Assembly (NCBI RefSeq): GCF_008065095.1
Contig: NZ_CP042911.1
Coordinates: forward strand, 5,640,001 to 5,672,000
Length of the DNA stretch: 32,000 bases
Source: Gemmata obscuriglobus
Lineage (GTDB): Bacteria > Planctomycetota > Planctomycetia > Gemmatales > Gemmataceae
Direction: 5' to 3'
Below are positions 25,487 through 32,000 of the stretch, one piece after another. The first letter of the stretch is position 1. The number at the start of each line of letters is the position of its first letter. Below the pieces are notes generated by a model. That model was not told the DNA's origin. It did no database searches and saw only the letters and a program-made list of their open reading frames with translations. The position numbers were made by a program, and so were the translations under genes.

Positions 25487-25576
25487 GCCGAACAATCAGA
25501 TCACCGGCTACACACGTTGCGACACGGGTTAAAAACTCCGCACTCCACAGCGGTCCGGTACAGGGCCGGGTTCGGC
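25487..25576 (-). repeat. Array repeat copy R9 (attC-like), 90 nt, best preserved
   Basis: Minus reading starts GCCGAAC one nt after the TGA of G9. It ends ...GTAGCCGGTGATCTGATT GTTCGGC, the exact reverse complement of the left core, 17 nt before the G8 ATG. Confidence 0.7.
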
Positions 25577-25577
25577 C

Positions 25578-26039
25578 TCACGGTGACATGCCAGTACCGG
25601 CGACATTCAGGTTGAAGGACAGTATCACCGCCCCTTTGAGGGGGCTGTTGGCCTGTTCCCGCAACTCCAACATTCCGGTCCTTGGGTCCACCGCCACGGC
25701 GAGATGGACGACTCCTTCCAGGTCCGCCAACAGGCACCGCCGGAACGTCCCATCTTTTTTGGGTGAGTAGACGGCGACTTTCTTGTAGGAGTTCCCAATG
25801 CCGGTGTGGGTATCGATCACCCAGAACACCTTCTTGTCGTACTCCACGCGAGAGTACGTGATTGTTCCGGGCTTCTCCGCGACCTCCCGTTGACACTGCT
25901 CGAACGTCCCGGCCGCCACCTCCTGAGGGGGCGTGGGGAGGAGAAGGGCTTCGGCGGAGAACTCTCGGGGAACATCCGCGTACACGCCGCGCGTGACGCA
26001 CGAGATGGTGAGTGCCGCGACGGCAATGAAAATGCGCAC
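25578..26039 (-). CDS. Cassette ORF G9: small secreted/lipoprotein-like protein (hypothetical)
   Basis: GTG 26039 is preceded by AGGAGCGAAC. The N-terminus VRIFIAVAALTISCVTRG is signal-peptide or lipobox-like. 153 aa. The in-frame extension to 26357 has no signal and no RBS support. Confidence 0.55.
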   Translation of the reverse strand: MRIFIAVAALTISCVTRGVYADVPREFSAEALLLPTPPQEVAAGTFEQCQREVAEKPGTITYSRVEYDKKVFWVIDTHTGIGNSYKKVAVYSPKKDGTFRRCLLADLEGVVHLAVAVDPRTGMLELREQANSPLKGAVILSFNLNVAGTGMSP

Positions 26040-26300
26040 GTTCGCTCCTGCTACGAAAGGCCCAACGCCTCTTACGCCAAAACTACTGCTAGCTCGTGAG
26101 ACATCGCACACTAAACACGGGACCATCTCGCCCGCGCGCTGCACGCGATCGGGGCTGAACTCGATGTCCCGCTCCGACAGCTCGAATGTGATTAGATCAG
26201 CACGCCACCGAGGCGCCAAGCTGTGAGCGGGCGCGATTGCTCGATTGAGGGCGCCGCCATCGGGCAAAGAAATTCGTACCGCCTGAGTCGCGCAGTTCAG

Positions 26301-26364
26301 GGCTAACGTGACGAGCCCCCGGAGAGTGCGACTGCGGTGGGGACGCCCCACACCCAAGTTCGCA
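26301..26364 (-). repeat. Possible degenerate tenth repeat copy (R10)
   Basis: Minus reading: TGCGAAC TTGGGTGTGGGGCGTCCCCACCGCAGTCGCACTCTCCGGGGGCTCGTCAC GTTAGCC. Core-like ends and a CACCGC box are present, but the inner boxes are poorly conserved. Confidence 0.3.
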
Positions 26365-26867
26365 GCGATATTCGAGCAGGTGGAGCATCCGTTCTAACTG
26401 GCACCAACCCGGCGTTCTGCACAGGCCCCCGATGCACCCGCCGGCTTCTTCGCTCCTTCCTAGCGGCGCCTGTTCCGCCCACAGAACCGCCAAAGGTAAC
26501 CAGGCGGGACGGGAAGCAGTACCCGACGCAGTGGCAGACGGTGTGTAAAACCGAAACAAGGCAAAACGTGGCGAACGGAACGTTGTTACCGAATATGCTA
26601 GGTGATCGGCGACTTTAGACCGAGGTGATGAGCGGACCTGGGAGGACCGAAAGATCAAGAGATGCGGGTCGTCTGCGGTGATGGACGTGTTGGCAAGTCC
26701 GAAAGGCGGGTCGGTACTGCACCGGCCCGCCGGGGCTCCGGTGTCTCGGCTCAGTGCCCACTGTCATCGATCGGCGGAGCGCCGCCGGCGCTGCGGATGT
26801 CGTTCTGTTTAGGAGGGCCACTCTTCTTACCAGGATTGCGACCGGACCGGCCGCTGCCACAGCCCTG

Positions 26868-27470
26868 TCACTGCGAGGGAAGCGGTAAGCCCTGCAGTTC
26901 GGACAGTTCGAGCCGGGCGAGCCGGATGGACGACTCCAGGTCCTCGCGGTGCTTGGCCGCCGCGGTCGCGTCGCCCCGCTTGTCCGCCTGCTCGGCTAAC
27001 AGCCTGTAGGTCTGCCGGGAGGACTCGATTTCCGGCTCCCACACGTCGCGGTTCTGCCCCTCGAGCCGCATCAGCCAGGTCATGTAGTACTGGCTGTTGG
27101 CCTGAGCGGACCGGGCGTCGGCCAGTACCTTCGGATCTGCGCCCCCGTCCGCAGCCATCTCGTCCACCAGGGTACGGAGTTCGCTGTGGGCCTCCGGGAG
27201 CTGCCTCGCGAGCATCTGGGCCTTCGCCTTCTCCAACCGAATTTTGCGCGCCTCGGCCCCCCGCCCTTCCGGGAGGGCCTTCAGCGCCAGGCCGAACTCT
27301 TCGACCGCCGAAGAGTAGTCTTCGGCCGCGACCGCCTTCTCAGCGGTGCGGAGGTGTCGGGCGGCGAGGTCGAGCTTCCGCCCGTCCACCCCCGGCCCGA
27401 ACCAGTGAGCGACTGCGGCGCCGACGCCGAGCAGTAGCCAGCCGGTTAAGAACAGAACACGGATCGCCAT
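26868..27470 (-). CDS. Membrane-anchored helical (TPR-like) protein, hypothetical
   Basis: ATG 27470 gives MAIRVLFLTGWLLLGVGAAVAHWF (N-terminal anchor). An A/E/R/L-rich helical region of about 175 aa follows. The 27614 start adds a non-coding-looking leader. Confidence 0.65.
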   Translation of the reverse strand: MAIRVLFLTGWLLLGVGAAVAHWFGPGVDGRKLDLAARHLRTAEKAVAAEDYSSAVEEFGLALKALPEGRGAEARKIRLEKAKAQMLARQLPEAHSELRTLVDEMAADGGADPKVLADARSAQANSQYYMTWLMRLEGQNRDVWEPEIESSRQTYRLLAEQADKRGDATAAAKHREDLESSIRLARLELSELQGLPLPSQ

Positions 27471-28056
27471 TAAGACGCCCTCCGAACAGAATGGGAATGG
27501 GAAGCGAAACCGAGACAACGGACAAGCTAACGATACCGGATCTGTGCCGCCCCGCGAACTGTTTTCGCGGGAAGTGACCCGCGCCTCTTGGCCCGTCCCA
27601 GGGTGCCCCTTCACGCTTCACCCACCGCCGTCCGCACCCTCACCAACGCCCCGCCGATAACTGGTCCCACGCGGGCCACACGCCGCCCGTGTTCGCACGC
27701 CAGATTTGTCGGCGTCTTGCCGGAGCAACTTGCGCGGCCGGTTTGCGGGGTTGTGCCGGTGGAAACAGATGAGATTAGCGGGGGCGCAAAAGCACGAAAC
27801 CGCACCAACCGTCCCAGCCGTTGCAAAAGGCGTGTCGAAGCCAACGAGGACGGGCCGGTCCACCCGAATCAGGGTTGCCCTCCTCACTGCTTCTTCACAT
27901 TTCATTCCTATAGATAAGTTTTGACCCGCCCTCGCCCTCTCTCGCAGATGACCGCTTCAACAAGCTCGCCCTTCTGACATTCGGCCGCAGTTAAGACAAA
28001 GTTCCAAACACTTGATCTATTACTTTTTAACGTCACTCGCCCTTCTAGAGGGTCCC

Positions 28057-28506
28057 ATGCTGCGCTGTTGTGCCGTCGGGCTGCTCCTTCTCGGTCTGCC
28101 CGCGCTCGTCGGGTGCTCTGGTAACAGCAAGACCGCCGGCAAAGTCTCGGTTTCTGGTAGCGTCTCGGTCAAGGGCGTTCCGCTCGCGGACGGGGTGGTC
28201 CTGTTCGAACCGCTGGAGAAGCAGAACACGTCCGCGTCCGCTGTTCTGGTCGGCAGCAACTTCTCGATCAGCGCGGCGAACGGCCTCCAGCCGGGGATGT
28301 ACCTGGTGCGCGTCTCGACGAGCGGCGAGGAGAACAAGCCGGTGGACCCCAACGCCCCGCTGACCCCGAGCGGCAGCAACCTGCCCGGCAGCAACAAATC
28401 GGAAACGAAGAAGCCGACCATTCCCCCGGAATGGGGCGGGAAGTCGAAGCAGCAAGTGGAAATCAAGGCCGACGGGCCGAACAAATTCGACTTCGACATC
28501 AAGTGA
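28057..28506 (+). CDS. Lipoprotein with carboxypeptidase-regulatory-like beta-sandwich, the usual partner of DUF1559 genes
   Basis: ATG 28057. MLRCCAVGLLLLGLPALVGCSG has an LVGC lipobox. VSGSVSVKGVPLADGVVLFEP...GMYLVRVS follows. Confidence 0.75.
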   Translation: MLRCCAVGLLLLGLPALVGCSGNSKTAGKVSVSGSVSVKGVPLADGVVLFEPLEKQNTSASAVLVGSNFSISAANGLQPGMYLVRVSTSGEENKPVDPNAPLTPSGSNLPGSNKSETKKPTIPPEWGGKSKQQVEIKADGPNKFDFDIK

Positions 28507-28610
28507 TCCGCCCGGCCGCCGCGCCCACGGCCCTCGGCCGGGGAGCGCGGGGCCAACTTCGCCCATGCCCTCCCTCTATCCGTTGCGTCCTTTTTTCCAG
28601 GAGGTGCTCG

Positions 28611-29588
28611 ATGCGTGCTCACCGAAGTGCGTTCACGCTAATCGAACTGCTCGTCGTCATCGCCATCATCGCCATTCTCATCGGGCTCCTTCTGCCGGCC
28701 GTGCAGAAGGTCCGCGAGGCCGCCGCCCGGATGAGCTGCCAGAACAACATGAAGCAGCTCTCGCTCGCGAACATGAACTACGAAAGCACGTACCAGAAGT
28801 TCCTCCCGGGGGTGAGCCAGCCGGGCGGCTGCTGCGCCGGCACGTGGATCGTCCCGGCCATGCCGTTCATCGAGCAGCAGAGCCTGTACGCCCTCGCGCA
28901 GCCGAACTTCGGCGTCGCCAACTACGGGAGCAACGCCACCGTGGTTCAGACCCGCCTGAAAACGCTGACCTGCCCGAGCGACACCCCGGGCCTCGTCGGC
29001 AGCAACACCCTGCACAGCTACGTCCTCAACGCGGGCAACACGAGCTTGTACCAGCAGAACATCCCGAACGGCTGCACCGGCGGGACCACCATCGGCACCG
29101 GCTGCACCACGTTCGGCGGCGCGCCGTTCGGCTTCTACGGCGACCCCTCCAACGTGGCCAACAACAACGACGCGGGGTACGCCCAGACCGGCAAGCAGTA
29201 CACCATCGCCAGCATTTCCGACGGCACCAGTAACACCCTCGCCATCGCCGAGATCCTGCAAGCGCCGGGCGGGTCGGGCGACTACCGGGGCTTCCTCTGG
29301 TGGGGCGGCTCGGCCGGCTTCACCACGTTCCAACTGCCGAACAGCAGCAGCTCGACCGACGTGATCACCGGCGCGGGGTGCGGCCCGGGCAACGCCCTGT
29401 ACCCCTGCACCACGACGAGCGACGTCAACGCGCTGCCGCGGCAGCTCGTCGCCCGGTCGCGGCACACGGGCGGCATCAACGTGGCCCTCTGCGACGGGAG
29501 CGTGCGGTTCGTGAGCAACAGCATCGACCTGCCGACCTGGCGCGCCGCCGGGAGTTCGCAAGGGGGCGAAACGCTGCCGCTGCAGTAA
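28611..29588 (+). CDS. DUF1559 protein with prepilin-type N-terminal cleavage/methylation signal (type II pseudopilin-like)
   Basis: ATG 28611 is preceded by CAGGAGG. MRAHRSAFTLIELLVVIAIIAILIGLLLPAVQKVREAAARMSCQNNMKQL is the canonical planctomycete DUF1559 N-terminus. The C-terminal HTGGINVALCDGSVRFVS box is present. Confidence 0.9.
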   Translation: MRAHRSAFTLIELLVVIAIIAILIGLLLPAVQKVREAAARMSCQNNMKQLSLANMNYESTYQKFLPGVSQPGGCCAGTWIVPAMPFIEQQSLYALAQPNFGVANYGSNATVVQTRLKTLTCPSDTPGLVGSNTLHSYVLNAGNTSLYQQNIPNGCTGGTTIGTGCTTFGGAPFGFYGDPSNVANNNDAGYAQTGKQYTIASISDGTSNTLAIAEILQAPGGSGDYRGFLWWGGSAGFTTFQLPNSSSSTDVITGAGCGPGNALYPCTTTSDVNALPRQLVARSRHTGGINVALCDGSVRFVSNSIDLPTWRAAGSSQGGETLPLQ

Positions 29589-29630
29589 GAAGCGGCCTGT
29601 GGAGAAAGTTGATATCGCCAGAGCCCAAGC

Positions 29631-29651
29631 GGGCCGGGGTGCTCCCGGCCC
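29631..29651 (+). terminator. GC-rich hairpin downstream of the DUF1559 gene
   Basis: GGGCCGGG gtgct CCCGGCCC lies 43 nt after the stop. The following sequence (gtatccgtttgaa) is only weakly T-rich. Confidence 0.4.
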
Positions 29652-29982
29652 GTATCCGTTTGAATGGGCAAATCAAACGGAAAAGTTCGCCGTTCGCCTC
29701 CGGCACAGCAGTTCACGCCACTGCGCCAGCTTCACCCGGCCGATCAGCGCAGCCGCCTCCATGTTCACGTCGCCCGGCCGGCGGTAACGCACCAGCACAT
29801 CTCCTCACAGCGGCCAGCACCGCGGCTACGCCAGCCGCGTAGCAAAACCGAGTAGCGGGCGGTGCAAAAATCAAATTCATGTTAACAAAATAAACAAAAC
29901 GTACGATTACCAGATCCATATCGAACTAGGGTTTCCCCTTTGGCAATCTGGGGGCACCTGTCGGTAAGCTTCTTTACATCTC

Positions 29983-29997
29983 TTGACAACCTGTCAA
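29983..29997 (+). promoter_or_regulatory. Palindromic TTGACA-ACC-TGTCAA site upstream of the 30017 ORF (candidate -35 box/operator)
   Basis: A perfect 6+3+6 palindrome lies 20 nt upstream of ATG 30017, just after an AT-rich island. A second cTTGACAAt lies at 30448-30456 upstream of ATG 30491. Confidence 0.3.
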
Positions 29998-30016
29998 CGG
30001 GAGTTGAGGCAGTACC

Positions 30017-30295
30017 ATGAACCCGCACGAGCAGTTGCTCGCTGACATCGATGCCTGGCTGCAGAGCATCCGCGGTGAGGCATGGAACAGCCCGGGATTG
30101 CTTGCGATCCGTGTCGAGGCGTGGCTGTTGCGGTTCCACGGCGGTGCCGCGTGGGCGGTGACCCCGTCCCGCTCTCCGGAAGGCGGGCACGTCCGCATTT
30201 GGATTGATGCCCTTGGCTCCGCCCCCCCGACGGTCCGGCACCTCATGATTCGTAACGGGCGGGTCGACGTTCCCCTCGAAACATTTTCCGCCTGA
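30017..30295 (+). CDS. Hypothetical small protein (92 aa)
   Basis: ATG start with a reasonable amino-acid composition (MNPHEQLLADIDAWLQSIRGEAW...). No family recognised. Confidence 0.4.
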   Translation: MNPHEQLLADIDAWLQSIRGEAWNSPGLLAIRVEAWLLRFHGGAAWAVTPSRSPEGGHVRIWIDALGSAPPTVRHLMIRNGRVDVPLETFSA

Positions 30296-30490
30296 CGCGT
30301 ACCCTCGGCACGCAACCGGTTTTATTCACGATCCGGCTGGTTGTGTCTGTTTCTTGTGGCACAGGCATGCCTGTCTGTACGGCGCCCCAAGATCGGACAG
30401 GCAGGAATCAGTAGTTGCCACGGTGGTTGAGCGGCGCATGAGTTTCCTTGACAATGGTTTGTGCTGCCAACCCATTGAGCGGAGTTCGCC

Positions 30491-31318
30491 ATGCGCCGTT
30501 CCCGATGTACCGCCGTCGCGGTGCGGAGCCAACACGCCTGGGCGGGCGCGTTGGCCGACGTGCTGCACTTGACCGACGGTCCGTCGGTGACCCGGGTGGC
30601 GGTGGCCCGGTGCCTGCTGGTCGCGTCGGCCCTGCGGGTGGCCCTCTCGGCGGTCGCCCGGCGGGTCGCCGCCGTGGGCCGGGAGACGGTCCGCAAGGCC
30701 CTGGCCGGGGATCTGCCGCGGGACCGGGACACCCTGGAACGGTACCTGGCGGCCGGGTTCCGTCGGCACCTCCCGCGGTCGTTCCAGGAGCACCCGATCC
30801 CGATCGCCATCGGCACCCACCCGCGGCCGTTCTACGGGGACTACGAGAACACACCCGGAGTGGTCGGGGGCAAACCCAAGGACGGGGCCAAGTGGTTCTG
30901 GGGGTACGCCACGGCGGTGGCCCTGGTGCCCGGTCACCGGCACACCCTGGGGCTCACCGCGATGCGCCCCGGGGACACACCTGACGCCCGGGGAGAGCGG
31001 CTCCGGGCCCAGCTCGGGTGGGCCGGGGTGAAGGTCCGGTACGTGCTCCTGGACCGCGGGTTCTACTCGGCCCGGGTGGCCAACGCGCTGGCCCGACGCC
31101 CGCTCCGGTTCATCATCCCGATGGTGCGGCGCGGCAAGGCGGTGCAGCCGTTGTTCCGGCGCGGCACCCGGGGGTGGTTCGAGCACACCATCCGGTGCCG
31201 CAAGTGCCGGGCCGATTCGGCCACCGTGCGGGTGGCGGTGGTGCCCGGACCCGACGGCCGGCGGCCGCTCGTGTTCGCGTGCTCCGACGGGTTCGACCGG
31301 TTGCCCCGGGTGGTGTAA
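30491..31318 (+). pseudogene. DDE transposase (IS4/ISH3-like), C-terminally truncated by IS insertion
   Basis: IAIGTHPRPFYGD...TPGVVGGKPKDGAKWFWGYATAV...YVLLDRGFYSARV...RFIIPMVRRG resembles the first two thirds of IS4/ISH3-type transposases. The ORF ends at TAA 31316-31318, immediately followed by GTGACTGTCCCATATG, the likely terminal repeat of the neighbouring IS5-family element. The third catalytic (E) region is missing. Confidence 0.55.
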
Positions 31319-31340
31319 GTGACTGTCCCATATGTGAGAT

Positions 31341-32000
31341 TTATGCCACCGTGTGGTATTGAAACTCGGCGTCGCCCCCTTTCGGCTCAAGCCGGTTGAG
31401 CATCAGGTGGATCATGGCCAACTTGACGAACGCCTCCGACGACCGCACCGTCTTCTCCCGGTCCTTGGACAACCGCCGGCACGTCCCCAGCCAGGCGAAC
31501 GTCCGCTCCACCGTCCACCGCCGCGGTAACTTCACCCACCCCTTGGCCCCGTCCGGGCGGCGGACGATGACCAGCTCCCACCGGGCGTTCGTCTCGACCC
31601 ACTCGTACAGGGCGTAGTTGTGGTACTTGCGGTCGGCGAACACCCGGCGCACCTTCCCCATCGGTTGCTCGTCCAGCCGGCCGAACAGTTCGGCCGCCGC
31701 CTTGGCATCATCGACGCTCGCGGCCGTCACCAGCACGGCCAGCAGCAACCCCATGGAATCCACGAGGATGTGCCGCTTCCGCCCGTCCACGTTCTTGGCG
31801 TTGTCCCGGCCCCGCTCCTCGCCGCCGGAGGTCGTGTCCACCGACTGGCTATCCACGCTCGCGGTCGTCCGGGGCGAGTACGGCCTCTCGGCGGTGCGGA
31901 CCTTTTTGCGGAGAAGGTCATGGATCGTGTCGCGGGTGCCGTTGTGTCGCCACTCGTCGAAGTACCGCCCGACCGTGGACTTGGGCGGGAAGTCCTTGGG
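31341..32000 (-). mobile_element. IS5-family transposase gene (DUF4096 N-terminal type plus DDE), 5' part beyond the window
   Basis: The continuous minus frame from 32000 reads PKDFPPKSTVGRYFDEWRHNGTRDTIHDLL...VDSQSVDTTSGGEERGRDNAKNVDGRKRHILVDSMGLLLAVLVTAASVDD...ADRKYHNYALYEW...LPRRWTVERTFAWLGTCRRLSKDRE, a hallmark IS5 (IS427/IS1031-type) sequence. Stop at 31341. Confidence 0.88.

Noticed and set aside
26040-26357. In-frame 106-codon extension of G9
   Set aside because: There is no RBS or signal at 26357. The internal GTG 26039 has an AGGAG site and yields a signal-peptide N-terminus. The extension crosses the lone GTTGGGC core and the lower-GC stretch.
26197-26860. ORFs of 81-153 aa in the array-proximal gap (both strands), examined as integrase remnants
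   Set aside because: The translations lack tyrosine-recombinase boxes and have non-coding composition. None is supported.
29660-29800. Short minus-strand frame reading VLVRYRRPGDVNMEAAALIGRVKLAQWRELL
   Set aside because: It is protein-like but only about 45 codons between stops, with no start context or recognisable family. It may be a gene remnant but cannot be supported.

Overview
High-GC (about two thirds G+C) bacterial chromosomal window. The gene content points to a Planctomycetota, Gemmata-like genome (inference): a DUF1559 prepilin-like protein, TIGR03067-type domains, a PSCyt-like CxxCH protein and a large membrane Ser/Thr kinase. Positions 1-20100 are mostly ordinary chromosome: deoC, purC, hisH, a prepilin peptidase, an SDR, an alpha/beta hydrolase, a WD40 protein, the kinase and a GAF protein. 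This stretch also carries a frameshifted ISAs1 transposase at the left edge and several very long perfect palindromes in intergenic DNA. The stand-out region is 21.3-26.4 kb. It holds nine small minus-strand ORFs, each with its own Shine-Dalgarno-like site. They are separated by eight clear copies, plus up to three degenerate or partial ones, of a 59-96 nt repeat. The repeat has inverse core sites (GCCGAAC ... GTTCGGC/GTTAGGT/GTTGAGT) resembling integron attC sites (RYYYAAC ... GTTRRRY), and it always ends about 7-42 nt (mostly 14-20) before the next start codon. I read this as an integron-like gene-cassette array. No integrase is visible in the window (CALIN-like). The internal spacing of the repeats is non-classical. 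The cargo looks like immunity-type proteins and small membrane proteins. A multiply broken IS630 transposase bounds the array distally, and an ORF-poor, lower-GC 0.8 kb stretch bounds it proximally. The right end of the window holds a lipoprotein/DUF1559 pair, an AT-rich island, a small ORF, and a DDE transposase gene cut off by an IS5-family element that runs off the window. No rRNA, tRNA or CRISPR array was seen. All family calls come from motif recognition by eye and need database confirmation.
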